Assembly (NCBI GenBank): GCA_963169195.1
Contig: CAUJDN010000109.1
Span: 5,695-69,694 of the forward strand
DNA length: 64,000 nt
Reading direction: 5' to 3'
Source of the DNA: Acidobacteriota bacterium
GTDB taxonomy: Bacteria; Acidobacteriota; Vicinamibacteria; Vicinamibacterales; UBA2999
This document shows, piece after piece, positions 53,249-62,562 of this stretch. Below the pieces are notes generated by a model. The model was given only the letters and a program-made list of their open reading frames with translations, did no database searches and was not told the origin of the DNA. Positions within the stretch are counted from its first letter, which is position 1, and every line of letters starts with the position of its first letter. The translations under genes were made by a program, and so were the position numbers.

Positions 53249-54505
53249 TCACTCTCCCACCCGCCCGAGCACGAGGTGGACCAGACCGAGATTGCGCGTG
53301 CGGAAGGCGGCCTCGCACGTGGCGAGGTAGTACTCCCACATGCGTGCGAAGCGGTCGTCGAAGCCGAGGGCACGGACGCGGTCCACGCGCTCGAAGAAGC
53401 GGAGCCGCCAGTCCCGAAGCGTGCGCGCGTAGTCCGGCGCACGGTCCTCGAGGCCGAACACGCCGAAGCGCGTGTGGGCCGCGGTGACGCGTACGACCTC
53501 GCCAATCGCCGGCAGCAGGCCGCCGGGGAAGATGTACTTCTGAATCCAGTCGCAGTGCGTCCGGTACTCGGCGAAGCGGGCGTCCGCCATGGTGATCGCC
53601 TGGATCCCGGCGCGGCCGCCCGGCGCCAGGACCTCGTCGATCTTCGAGAAGTACGACGGCCAGTACTCCTCGCCGACCGCCTCGATCATCTCGATCGATA
53701 CCACCTTGCTGAACTGCCCGCTGACATCGCGGTAGTCGCAGAAACGGAACTCGACCCGATCGTCGAGGCCTTCCGCCGTCGCTCGCGCGCGCGAGAGCGC
53801 CAGCTGCTCGCGGGACACCGTGAGCCCCGTCACGCGGCAGCCCCGGGTCCGCGCGGCGTGGAGCGCCAGCCCGCCCCACCCCGAGCCGATCTCCAGCACG
53901 TGATCATCCGGCCCGATGTCGAGCGCCTGGCACCACCGCTCGAACTTCTGCCGTTGCGCCGTCTCGAGCGTGTCGGCCTCCGACAGATAGACGCCGCTCG
54001 AGTACGCCATCTCCTCGTCCAGGAAGGTGCGGAAGAGATCGTTGCTGAGATCGTAGTGCGCGCCGATGTTCCGCCGGCTCCCGTCCCGCGTGTTGCGACG
54101 GCGTCGGTGGAGCCAGTCGTTCGACAGGTTGACCAGCCGGGAGATCGGGGAGTCGAGCGGCAGGTGCGCCTGGTTACGCAGCACCAGTTCGGCGAAGCGC
54201 GCCAGGTCGTCGGTGCGCCAGTCGCCATCCATGTAGGCCTCCCCGGCCCCCATGTCCCCGCGAAGGGCGAACTTCGTGAAGAAGGCGTCGCGCTCGATCC
54301 ACAGCACCGCGTGTGGCTCGGCGCCGGCCTCGCCGGCCCTGGTCATCGTGCCGTCCGGCAGGTGCACGGTCAGCCGGCCGACGCGCCACTGGCCGAGGGC
54401 CGCCAGCAGGCGCCGCCGCGCGATGGGGGCCACGATGCGATCGAGGGCGCTCGTGACCGGGGCCTCGGCGACTGCGCTCGGAAGACGGGTGCCTGCCTGT
54501 TCCAT
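53249..54505 (-). CDS. cyclopropane-fatty-acyl-phospholipid synthase family SAM-dependent methyltransferase
   Basis: AHYDLSNDLFRTFLDEEMAYSSGVY...VLEIGSGWGGLALHAA...SIEMIEAVGEEYWPSYF...IQKYIFPGG. Confidence 0.9.
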   Translation of the reverse strand: MEQAGTRLPSAVAEAPVTSALDRIVAPIARRRLLAALGQWRVGRLTVHLPDGTMTRAGEAGAEPHAVLWIERDAFFTKFALRGDMGAGEAYMDGDWRTDDLARFAELVLRNQAHLPLDSPISRLVNLSNDWLHRRRRNTRDGSRRNIGAHYDLSNDLFRTFLDEEMAYSSGVYLSEADTLETAQRQKFERWCQALDIGPDDHVLEIGSGWGGLALHAARTRGCRVTGLTVSREQLALSRARATAEGLDDRVEFRFCDYRDVSGQFSKVVSIEMIEAVGEEYWPSYFSKIDEVLAPGGRAGIQAITMADARFAEYRTHCDWIQKYIFPGGLLPAIGEVVRVTAAHTRFGVFGLEDRAPDYARTLRDWRLRFFERVDRVRALGFDDRFARMWEYYLATCEAAFRTRNLGLVHLVLGRVGE

Positions 54506-54512
54506 GCGCTCG

Positions 54513-55232
54513 TTACGACTCCGTGCCGTGCCGCGCGGATTCAGGGTCGTAGGCCGGCTTCGGGTGGTAGGTCGCGCCCTTCCACCAGAGCCGCAGCGCC
54601 TCCCAGTGGATGGCGGCCATGATCTTCGCGGTCACGAAGGGGTACCGCGCGAGCGCGGCCGCCACGCCCGCGTCGGTCAAGGGCCGGCGATCGAGCGACA
54701 GGCGCGAGACGAAGACCGCCCGGCCGTCGCGGTGGAGGTCGATCCGCACGTCCAGGTGGCTCGGCGAGATCTGAAAGCGGAAGCGGTACGTGCCATCCAG
54801 CGTGAAGAACGGGGACACGTGGAACACCTTCTTCTCGTCCCACACCTGCGCGCCTGCGTCCACAGGCAGCACATAGGTGTGCGACTCGCCGAAGGTGTTG
54901 TTCACCTCGCAGACAATCGCGGACAGGCGCGACCCCGCGTAGCAGAAGAAGAAGCTGACGGGGTTGAACACGTAGCCGAACACCCGGCAGTTCGTGACCA
55001 GCTCGATGCGATCGATTCGGTCGTCCACGCCGTGCCGGGCCAGCACGCTCCGCACGTCGGGAAGGTGGTCGGCCCGGCGGAACGAGACCGGCCGGGCGCG
55101 ATCCACGCCGAAGAGGCGCAGGCGGTCGTTGAGGGTGCCCAGCTCGTCCAGGTCCAGCCGGTACATCACCAGGCCGTACCGGAAACCGTGCGCCATCGGC
55201 TCGAGGCGCCGGTGCATCACGTGCCCGGTCAT
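54513..55232 (-). CDS. DUF1365 domain-containing protein
   Basis: GHVMHRRLEPMAHGFRYGLVMYRLDLDEL...RVFGYVFNPVSFFFCY. Start at the internal ATG of ORF 54513..55358. Confidence 0.85.
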   Translation of the reverse strand: MTGHVMHRRLEPMAHGFRYGLVMYRLDLDELGTLNDRLRLFGVDRARPVSFRRADHLPDVRSVLARHGVDDRIDRIELVTNCRVFGYVFNPVSFFFCYAGSRLSAIVCEVNNTFGESHTYVLPVDAGAQVWDEKKVFHVSPFFTLDGTYRFRFQISPSHLDVRIDLHRDGRAVFVSRLSLDRRPLTDAGVAAALARYPFVTAKIMAAIHWEALRLWWKGATYHPKPAYDPESARHGTES

Positions 55233-55251
55233 GAGCACCGACCGCAGCGCG

Positions 55252-56499
55252 CTACGGCTGGACACCAAGCCCCCGGGCCACGGCCACTGCGGACACCAGT
55301 CCGTCCTCGTGAAATCCATACCGCAGGTGCGCGCCGCAGTACCACGTCCCGCGCTCACCGTTCATCCGGCCGATGAGCGACTGCCCCTCGAGGGCCGGGC
55401 CGTCCAGGATGGGGTGCGTGTAGGACATGCGCGCGATGACGTCCCCGGCAACCGGCTCGAGAGGGTTCAGCGAGCACAGCAGCGCGCGTCCCGGGCGGTG
55501 CCCCTGCAGCCGGTTGAGATCGTAGGTCACCGACACCGGCGAGCGCTCGTCCCGGCAATCGTCGAGATCGCAGTTCCACGACGCCCGCGCATACGGCTCG
55601 GCGGGGAGCAGACGCTCGTCGGAGTGCAGGAACGTATCGTTGGTCGAGTAGCGGAAGCGCCCGAGGGCGTCACGCTCCTGCGGGCTCGGGTCGGTCAGCA
55701 GCGCCAGGGCCTGATCCGCATGTGTCGCAAGCACCACCGCATCGTGGTCGGTGTCGGTCCCGTCCGCCAGGCCGATGGTCACGCCACGCTCGTGGCGCGT
55801 GACAGCGCGAACGGGCGTGCCCGCGCGCACGGCCGTTCCCAGGCGCGCCGCGATCCGCTCGACGTACGTCCGGCTGCCACCGAGGACGGTCCGCCATTGC
55901 GGCTGGCCCGTGGCGGACAGCAGGCCGTGGTTCTCCATGAACCGCAGGTACGACGCGGCGGGAAACACCCGCATGTCCGCCGTCGAGGCCGACCAGATGG
56001 CGCCCCCCATCGGGAGCACGAAGTGCCGCGCCAGTTCCTCGCCGAAGCCGCCCTCGTCCAGGAACTGTCCCAGGGAGCGCGACTCTCCACCGATCTCCAG
56101 CGCGCGCCGCCCGCGGCGGAAGAACTTCCGGATGTCCGCGAGCAGCCGCCAGTGTCCGACGCTCAGCAGGCGTCCACGCTGGGCGAACAGCCCATCGGCT
56201 CCCGCGCTGGAATACTCGAGCCCGCACCGCCGGCAGCGCACGCTGAACGACATGTCGCTCGCCCGGCTCTCGACACCCAACTCCGCCAGCAGGCGCACGA
56301 AGTGCGGATAGGTGCGGTCGTTGAACACCATGAACCCGGTGTCGACAGGCCATCGCCTCCCGCGGATCTCCACGTCATGGGTATGGGCATGCCCGCCCAG
56401 GCGCGGCGAGGCTTCGAACAGGGTCACCGAGTGGGCCCGGGCGAGGAAGTAGGCTGCGGACAGGCCGGAGATGCCCGCCCCGACGATGGCAATTTGCAC
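55252..56499 (-). CDS. NAD(P)/FAD-dependent oxidoreductase (amine-oxidase / phytoene-desaturase-like)
   Basis: MQIAIVGAGISGLSAAYFLA...LFEASPRLGGHAHT...DTGFMVFN. Confidence 0.9.
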   Translation of the reverse strand: MQIAIVGAGISGLSAAYFLARAHSVTLFEASPRLGGHAHTHDVEIRGRRWPVDTGFMVFNDRTYPHFVRLLAELGVESRASDMSFSVRCRRCGLEYSSAGADGLFAQRGRLLSVGHWRLLADIRKFFRRGRRALEIGGESRSLGQFLDEGGFGEELARHFVLPMGGAIWSASTADMRVFPAASYLRFMENHGLLSATGQPQWRTVLGGSRTYVERIAARLGTAVRAGTPVRAVTRHERGVTIGLADGTDTDHDAVVLATHADQALALLTDPSPQERDALGRFRYSTNDTFLHSDERLLPAEPYARASWNCDLDDCRDERSPVSVTYDLNRLQGHRPGRALLCSLNPLEPVAGDVIARMSYTHPILDGPALEGQSLIGRMNGERGTWYCGAHLRYGFHEDGLVSAVAVARGLGVQP

Positions 56500-56530
56500 G
56501 CTTCAGGCAGGAACCCCCGGTGCCTGCCCC

Positions 56531-56575
56531 TTATTCCCGGGCTTGATCCGCGCAAGATATTATTGTGATATCATC
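56531..56575 (+). promoter_or_regulatory. AT-rich promoter region (TTGATC-N17-TGATAT; also TATTAT) containing the palindrome TGATATCA
   Basis: ttattcccgggcTTGATCcgcgcaagatattattgTGATATcatc is the lowest-GC stretch in its neighbourhood. It lies in the divergent region between 56499 (minus) and 56606 (plus). Confidence 0.45.
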
Positions 56576-56605
56576 ATGAAAGCATACCCCAGGAGGCTGA
56601 TTCCC

Positions 56606-57475
56606 ATGATTCGCGAACGCGAGAACCACGGCATTCCCGGCCTGCCCGTGCTCCTGACCCTGCTCCTCACCCTCGCCGCCCTCGTCTGGCTGCTCATCGG
56701 CTCGATTCGCGCCCAGGAGCCGGTCGCCGTCGTCGCGACCATCCTCGGCCTCGTCGTCGCCGCCTTCCTCCTGTTCGGGCTCTTCATGGTCAACCCGAAC
56801 CAGGGCAAGGTCCTGCAGTTGTTCGGCGCCTACGCGGGAACGGCCAAGGTACAGGGACTCCGCTGGGCCAATCCCTTCTTCACCAAGAAAAGCGTGTCGC
56901 TGCGCGTGCGCAACTTCGAGAGTTCGCGCCTGAAGGTGAACGACCTCGAGGGCAATCCCATCGAGATTGCTGCCGTGGTCGTGTGGAAGGTCGTGGAAAC
57001 CGCGGAGGCCGTCTTCGAGGTGGACGACTACGAGAACTACGTCCACGTCCAGAGCGAGGCCGCGGTCCGCAGCCTCGCCACGAGCTACCCGTACGATGCG
57101 CACACCGAGGACCAGGTCTCGCTGCGCGGCAACACCGCCGCCGTGGCCGAGCACCTGAAGAAGGAAATCCAGGAGCGGCTGACCAAGGCCGGCGTGGATG
57201 TCATCGAGGCCCGGATCAGCCACCTGGCCTATGCCCCGGAGATTGCCGCGGCCATGCTCCAGCGCCAGCAGGCCGGCGCCATCATCGCGGCGCGCCAGCG
57301 CATCGTCGAAGGCGCGGTGGGGATGGTCGAAATGGCGCTCGACGGGCTGTCACAGAAGTCCATCGTCACGCTGGACGAGGAGCGTAAGGCGGCCATGGTC
57401 AGCAACCTGCTGGTGGTGCTGTGCGGCGACCGCAACGCACAGCCTGTGATCAACACGGGGACGATCTACCAGTAG
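56606..57475 (+). CDS. SPFH/band-7 (stomatin/prohibitin-like) domain protein
   Basis: ATG 56606 lies 9 nt after AGGAGG. Two N-terminal TM helices are followed by [48 protein letters not shown]. The ORF track start 56471 and ATG 56576 were judged too far upstream. Confidence 0.85.
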   Translation: MIRERENHGIPGLPVLLTLLLTLAALVWLLIGSIRAQEPVAVVATILGLVVAAFLLFGLFMVNPNQGKVLQLFGAYAGTAKVQGLRWANPFFTKKSVSLRVRNFESSRLKVNDLEGNPIEIAAVVVWKVVETAEAVFEVDDYENYVHVQSEAAVRSLATSYPYDAHTEDQVSLRGNTAAVAEHLKKEIQERLTKAGVDVIEARISHLAYAPEIAAAMLQRQQAGAIIAARQRIVEGAVGMVEMALDGLSQKSIVTLDEERKAAMVSNLLVVLCGDRNAQPVINTGTIYQ

Positions 57476-57487
57476 CCAGGGCAGACG

Positions 57488-57670
57488 ATGGCCGAGCGCA
57501 AGTCCTTCCTGCTCCGGATCGATCCGAAGCTGCTCGAGGCCGTGCAGCGGTGGGCGAACGACGATCTGCGCAGCCTCAACGCGCAGATCGAGTTCCTCCT
57601 GCGCCGGGCGCTCAGGGAAGCAGGCCGGGCCCCGGCCGCGCCGGGAGTCGAACCCGAGCCTCCCGCCTGA
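57488..57670 (+). CDS. ribbon-helix-helix (Arc/MetJ-like) small protein
   Basis: MAERKSFLLRIDPKLLEAVQRWANDDLRSLNAQIEFLLRRAL shows a beta-strand plus two-helix pattern. Confidence 0.7.
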   Translation: MAERKSFLLRIDPKLLEAVQRWANDDLRSLNAQIEFLLRRALREAGRAPAAPGVEPEPPA

Positions 57671-57672
57671 CC

Positions 57673-57700
57673 GGGGCCGGTCCCGCCCGGGACCGGTCCC
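57673..57700 (+). terminator. 12-bp GC hairpin (GGGGCCGGTCCC-GCCC-GGGACCGGTCCC), followed by a C/T-rich tract
   Basis: Seen 3 nt after the stop at 57670. One G-U pair. No U-run. Confidence 0.45.
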
Positions 57701-57845
57701 GCCCTCCTCCCCTCTCGCGCCATCGTTCCCACCGGTCAGCCCGCCTGGGCGACCGTCCGGCCAGTTGGCTCGAACCACGGCGCGCCCCTGCCGTCTATCC
57801 GTCACGAGCCGAAGCGGTTGACGTTCGCCTTTTATTCGCTTCAGA

Positions 57846-59141
57846 ATGCCGACTGCACTCGCCCCGAGGAATCACGAACCGATGGGACCCATCGACGACC
57901 TCTCCGCCCTTCGCATCGAACGCGCCCCTCTTCCGCCCGAGCGCCGCTGGGGCAAGTGGGCAGCGTGGCTGGTCCTGCTGGCCGCAGTCGGCCTGGGGGT
58001 GTGGTACTGGGCGAGCCGTGAACGTCCCCTGGAAGTCGAGGTCGCCACGGCGACGACGCGCGCCGCCGGGGCCCAGGCCTCGGTGCTCAATGCGTCGGGT
58101 TACGTCACCGCCCGCCGCCGCGCCACCGTGTCGTCGAAGGTGACCGGCAAGGTCATCGAGGTGAACGTCGAGGAGGGCATGGCCGTGCGCGAAGGCCAGG
58201 TGCTGGCCCGCCTGGACGATGCGACGGTGCGCGCGACACTGGCGCTCGCGAGGGCGCAGCGCGATGCCGCCATTCGCTCCGTCCCTGAGATCGAAGTGCG
58301 GCTGGCCGAGGCCGGACTCACGCTCAGCCGCCGCGAGCGCCTTCGAGCGGATGGCCTGGTGACCGACGCCGAGCTCGACCAGGCCCGGGCCGAAGTGAAC
58401 TCCCTGCGCGCCCGCCTGGCCGCGGCCCGCGAGCAGGTCACGGTCGCCGAGCGGCAGGTGGCGCTGCAGGAAACCGCGCTGGACGACACGATCATCCGCG
58501 CGCCGTTCGGCGGCGTGGCCATCTCGAAGGATGCGCAGCCTGGTGAGATGGTGTCGCCGGTCTCGGCCGGCGGCGGGTTCACGCGCACCGGCATCAGCAC
58601 CATCGTCGACATGACCTCCCTCGAGATCGAAGTGGACGTGAACGAGAGCTACATCAACCGCGTCACGCCCGGTCAGGCCGTGAGCGCGGTGCTCGATGCC
58701 TATCCGGACTGGCAGATCCCGGCGCGTGTCATCACCATGGTGCCCACCGCGGATCGGCAGAAGGCGACGGTGCTCGTGCGCATCGCGTTCGACCCGTCGA
58801 CTCGCTCGGGGTCGCCCGGAGCCTCGTTCGGGGACGACGCCCTCGATCCGCGCATCCTGCCGGACATGGGGGTGAAGGTCACGTTCCTCCGTGAGGCGGA
58901 GGACGCGGGCCTCGCGGCCCGGCGGCCGGTGGCGCTCGTCCCGAGGGCGGCGGTTCGCACGGAGGCCGGCGCCAGCTATGTCTTCGTCGTGCAGCAGGAG
59001 ACGGTCCAGCGACGCGCCATCCAGACGGCGGGGACGGACGGGGACCGGCTCGAAGTGACGGCGGGCCTCAACGGCGGCGAGCGGATTGTCGTCACGCCGC
59101 CCGACGGGCTCGTCGAAGGCTCGCGCATCGTCATCAGGTAG
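57846..59141 (+). CDS. efflux transporter periplasmic adaptor subunit (HlyD/MacA family)
   Basis: TM anchor, lipoyl-like VTGKVIEVNVEEGMAVREGQVLARLD, a coiled coil, and IIRAPFGGVAISKDAQPGEMV. Confidence 0.9.
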   Translation: MPTALAPRNHEPMGPIDDLSALRIERAPLPPERRWGKWAAWLVLLAAVGLGVWYWASRERPLEVEVATATTRAAGAQASVLNASGYVTARRRATVSSKVTGKVIEVNVEEGMAVREGQVLARLDDATVRATLALARAQRDAAIRSVPEIEVRLAEAGLTLSRRERLRADGLVTDAELDQARAEVNSLRARLAAAREQVTVAERQVALQETALDDTIIRAPFGGVAISKDAQPGEMVSPVSAGGGFTRTGISTIVDMTSLEIEVDVNESYINRVTPGQAVSAVLDAYPDWQIPARVITMVPTADRQKATVLVRIAFDPSTRSGSPGASFGDDALDPRILPDMGVKVTFLREAEDAGLAARRPVALVPRAAVRTEAGASYVFVVQQETVQRRAIQTAGTDGDRLEVTAGLNGGERIVVTPPDGLVEGSRIVIR

Positions 59142-59151
59142 GAGGCAGCGC

Positions 59152-59841
59152 ATGGAGGCACTGGTCCGCATCCGGGGAGTCCACAAGTACTTCACCCGCG
59201 GCAGCGAGCGCATCGACGTCCTGCAGGGCGTGAACCTCGACATCCCGAGGGGCGACTTCCTGGCGCTGATGGGGCCCTCGGGTTCGGGCAAGACCACGCT
59301 GCTCAACCTGATGGGCGGCCTGGACCAGCCGTCGAGCGGGTCCGTGGACATTGCCGGCACGGACATCGCGGGGCTGACCGGGAGCCGCCTGTCGCGGTGG
59401 CGGTCGCATCACATCGGGTTCGTGTTCCAGCTGTACAACCTGCTGCCGGTGCTGACGGCGGAGCGCAACGTGGAGTTGCCCCTGCTCCTGACGAACCTCT
59501 CGAAGGCGGAGCGGCAGAAGCGCGTCGGCATCGCGCTCCGGGTGGTCGGTCTGGCCGACCGGGCGAAACACTACCCGCGGCAGCTCTCCGGCGGCCAGGA
59601 GCAGCGCGTCGGCATCGCGCGCGCAATCGTCACGGACCCGACGCTGCTGCTCTGCGACGAGCCCACGGGGGACCTGGATCGCAGGTCCGGCGACGAAATC
59701 CTCGAGTTGCTCCACCGCCTCAACGCCGACCACGGGAAGACCATCGTCATGGTGACGCACGACCCGCGCGCGGCCGAGCGCGCGCGCCGGACGCTGCACC
59801 TCGAGAAGGGCGTCCTGCTGGAGGAGGTGGCCGCGGTATGA
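59152..59841 (+). CDS. ABC transporter ATP-binding protein (MacB/LolD-like)
   Basis: Walker A GPSGSGKTT, Q-loop, signature LSGGQEQR, Walker B LLLCDEPTGDLD, and H-loop VTHD. GGAGG upstream. Confidence 0.95.
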   Translation: MEALVRIRGVHKYFTRGSERIDVLQGVNLDIPRGDFLALMGPSGSGKTTLLNLMGGLDQPSSGSVDIAGTDIAGLTGSRLSRWRSHHIGFVFQLYNLLPVLTAERNVELPLLLTNLSKAERQKRVGIALRVVGLADRAKHYPRQLSGGQEQRVGIARAIVTDPTLLLCDEPTGDLDRRSGDEILELLHRLNADHGKTIVMVTHDPRAAERARRTLHLEKGVLLEEVAAV

Positions 59842-60986
59842 AGTTCCTCCCGCTGCTCTGGAGCAGCCTCTGGCGGAAGAAGACGCGCACCATCTTCACG
59901 CTGCTGTCGATCTTCGTCGCCTTCCTGCTGTTCGGCCTGCTGATGGCGATCCGGACCGCGTTCACCTTCGGCGTGGACATCGCCGGCCTGGATCGCCTGG
60001 TGCTCATCCACAAGGTGAGCCTCATCATGCCGCTGCCGGTGTCCTATCTCGAGCGGCTCGAGGCCACGGAGGGGGTCGAGCTCGCCACGCACAACACATG
60101 GTTCGGCGGCGTGTACCAGGACCCGTCCAACTTCTTCGCGCAGATCGTCGTGGAGCCCGAGCCGTTCCTGGCGATCTACCCCGAATACCGCCTGCCGCCG
60201 GAGCAGAAGGCCGCCTGGCTGGCGGATCGGCAGGGCGCCGTCGTCGGCATCGATCTGGCGAAGCGCTTCGGCTGGAAGCTGGGCGACCGCGTGCCGATTC
60301 AGGGCACCATCTGGCAGCCGAAACAGGGCGCCGTCTGGGAGTTCAACATCGTGGGCCTCTACGATGGCGACGCGGGCGTCGACAAGACGCAGTTCTTCTT
60401 CAGATACGACTACCTGGACGAGAACCGCCGTCAGGGTGAGGGACTGGTGGGGTGGTATGTCGTCAAGATCGCGGACGCCTCACAGGCGCAGGAGATGGCC
60501 GCTCGCTTCGACGACATGTTCGCCAACTCCTCGGCCGAGACCAAGACGACGACGGAAAAAGGCTTCGTCGAAGGGTTCGCCAAGCAGGTCGGCGACATCG
60601 GCGCCATCATGATCGCCATCCTCGCCGCCGTGCTCTTCACGATGCTGCTGGTCGCGGCCAACACGATGGCGCAATCGGTGCGCGAGCGCACCAGCGAGAT
60701 GGGCGTCCTCAAGACGCTCGGCTTCTCGAACGTCTCCATCCTCGGCCTGGTGATCGGCGAGTCGGCGCTCATCGCGGGCATCGGGGGCGGACTGGGGCTG
60801 CTCGCGGCGTGGCTCTTCATCCGGCAAGGGGACCCAACCGGCGGCATGCTGCCGGTCTTCATGCTCCCACCTCGGGACCTGGCCATCGGCATCGCGCTCG
60901 TCGCGGCGCTCGGCGTGGTCGCGGGCGTCCTGCCGGCCATCCACGCCATGCAGCTTCGCATCACCGACGCGCTGCGGCGCGCCTGA
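59838..60986 (+). CDS. ABC transporter permease, FtsX family
   Basis: ATGA overlap with the ATPase stop. MKFLPLLWSSLWRKKTRTIFTLLSIFVAFLLFG...VRERTSEMGVLKTLGFS. Confidence 0.9.
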   Translation: MKFLPLLWSSLWRKKTRTIFTLLSIFVAFLLFGLLMAIRTAFTFGVDIAGLDRLVLIHKVSLIMPLPVSYLERLEATEGVELATHNTWFGGVYQDPSNFFAQIVVEPEPFLAIYPEYRLPPEQKAAWLADRQGAVVGIDLAKRFGWKLGDRVPIQGTIWQPKQGAVWEFNIVGLYDGDAGVDKTQFFFRYDYLDENRRQGEGLVGWYVVKIADASQAQEMAARFDDMFANSSAETKTTTEKGFVEGFAKQVGDIGAIMIAILAAVLFTMLLVAANTMAQSVRERTSEMGVLKTLGFSNVSILGLVIGESALIAGIGGGLGLLAAWLFIRQGDPTGGMLPVFMLPPRDLAIGIALVAALGVVAGVLPAIHAMQLRITDALRRA

Positions 60987-61003
60987 CACCAGAGGAGGCC
61001 CCC

Positions 61004-62194
61004 GTGTTCAGCTGGATCGCACAGACCGTCGCGGTGACGGTGCTCAACCTCCGCACCATTCCCCAGCGCCTGGCCTCGTCCGGCGTGGCCATCGTCGGCA
61101 TCGCGGGCGTGGTGGTGGTGTTCGTGTCGGTGCTCTCCATCGCGTCGGGCTTCACGGCGGCCATGACCGACGCGGGCTCGCCGTCGCGCGCGCTCGTGAT
61201 GCGGAGTGGCGCGGACAGCGAGATGACGAGCGGGCTCACCGGCCCCGAGGTGGATGTCATCCGGCAGGCGCCCGGCCTCAGGCGGGACGGGCGTGCCGCG
61301 CTGGCGTCGTCCGAGATGTACGTCATCATCGACCTGCCGAAGCGGTCCACGGGAACCGGGGCCAATGTCCCCATGCGCGGGATCGATCCCGTCACGCTGT
61401 CGGTGCGCGATGAGGTCTCAATTGTCGAAGGCCGGATGCTGGCGTTCGGCACCAATGAGGTCGTCGTCGGGCGTGGCGCGCGGGCCAATTTCTCGGGCCT
61501 GGAGGTGGGCCGCGAGGTTCGATCGGGCCAGAACAGCTGGCAGGTCGTCGGCATCTTCGAGGCCGATGGCGGCGTGGCCGAAACCGAGGTGTGGAGCGAC
61601 GCGCGCGTGCTGCAGGGCGCCTACCGGCGCGGCAACACCTACCAGCTGGTGCTGGCCCGCCTCGACTCGTCCGACAGCCTCACCACGTTCAGGGACTGGC
61701 TCACGTCCAACCCGCAGCTGAACGTGCAGGTGCAGCGCGAGACGGAGTACTACGCCGACAAGTCGCGCGCGCTCGGCAACCTCATCCAGGGCGTGGGTTT
61801 CGGGATCGCGGCGCTCATGGGCATCGGCGCGGTGTTCGGCGCCATCCTCACGATGTACACGGCGGTGTCCACCCGGTCACGCGAGATCGCGACGCTGCGC
61901 GCGCTCGGCTTCAACACCACGTCGGTCGTGGTGTCCGTGCTGGCCGAGTCGCTGGCGCTGGGCGCCATCGGCGGCGGCATCGGCGGCGTGCTCGCCTACC
62001 TCGCCTTCAACGGCTACCAGACGTCCACCATGAACTTCCAGACCTTCAGTCAGGTGGCGTTCGCGTTCAAGGTGACACCGGCGCTGCTGGCGATGGGGCT
62101 GGTGTACGCGCTGGTGATGGGGCTGGTGGGCGGGCTCTTCCCGGCGGTTCGCGCCGCGCGGCTCCCGATCCCGGCTGCGCTCCGCGAACTCTAG
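61004..62194 (+). CDS. ABC transporter permease, FtsX family
   Basis: GTG 61004 lies after GAGGAGG. NLRTIPQRLASSGVAIVGIAGVVVVFVSVLS...VSTRSREIATLRALGFN. Confidence 0.9.
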   Translation: MFSWIAQTVAVTVLNLRTIPQRLASSGVAIVGIAGVVVVFVSVLSIASGFTAAMTDAGSPSRALVMRSGADSEMTSGLTGPEVDVIRQAPGLRRDGRAALASSEMYVIIDLPKRSTGTGANVPMRGIDPVTLSVRDEVSIVEGRMLAFGTNEVVVGRGARANFSGLEVGREVRSGQNSWQVVGIFEADGGVAETEVWSDARVLQGAYRRGNTYQLVLARLDSSDSLTTFRDWLTSNPQLNVQVQRETEYYADKSRALGNLIQGVGFGIAALMGIGAVFGAILTMYTAVSTRSREIATLRALGFNTTSVVVSVLAESLALGAIGGGIGGVLAYLAFNGYQTSTMNFQTFSQVAFAFKVTPALLAMGLVYALVMGLVGGLFPAVRAARLPIPAALREL

Positions 62195-62319
62195 ACCATC
62201 AGTTCACTTGGGTGGAGCATCCATCAGCTCGCACGGCCTCTCGTTTCGGCCGATTCCAGCGCATCAACGAGCTGATGGACCAACTCACGTGAACGGTGGG
62301 GTCAGGATGCCCGAAGGCG

Positions 62320-62544
62320 CTAGCCTTCTTCCTCGAACTCCTCCTCGCCGATCGGGCCGAGGCGCGTGGAGGGGCGGAGTGCCTCGCGATAGTCGTACAG
62401 CGGAAGGCCCGAGACGTGGCAGGGGTTCACGCAGCCGGAGGCCTTGGCCTCCAGCATGACGAGCACGGGGCTGCCCGCGGAGCCTTCGCGGAACCCGAGA
62501 CGGCAGCCGCAGGACAGGCGAGCGGAGGTGAAACCCTTCAGCAT
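62320..62544 (-). CDS. small Cys-rich hypothetical protein (74 aa) with acidic tail
   Basis: MLKGFTSARLSCGCRLGFREGSAGSPVLVMLEAKASGCVNPCHVSGLPLYDYREAL...EEEFEEEG. Very high GC3. It is the last gene of the anti-sigma/TlpA string. Confidence 0.55.
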   Translation of the reverse strand: MLKGFTSARLSCGCRLGFREGSAGSPVLVMLEAKASGCVNPCHVSGLPLYDYREALRPSTRLGPIGEEEFEEEG

Positions 62545-62562
62545 GGCGCTGGAAGGATCATA

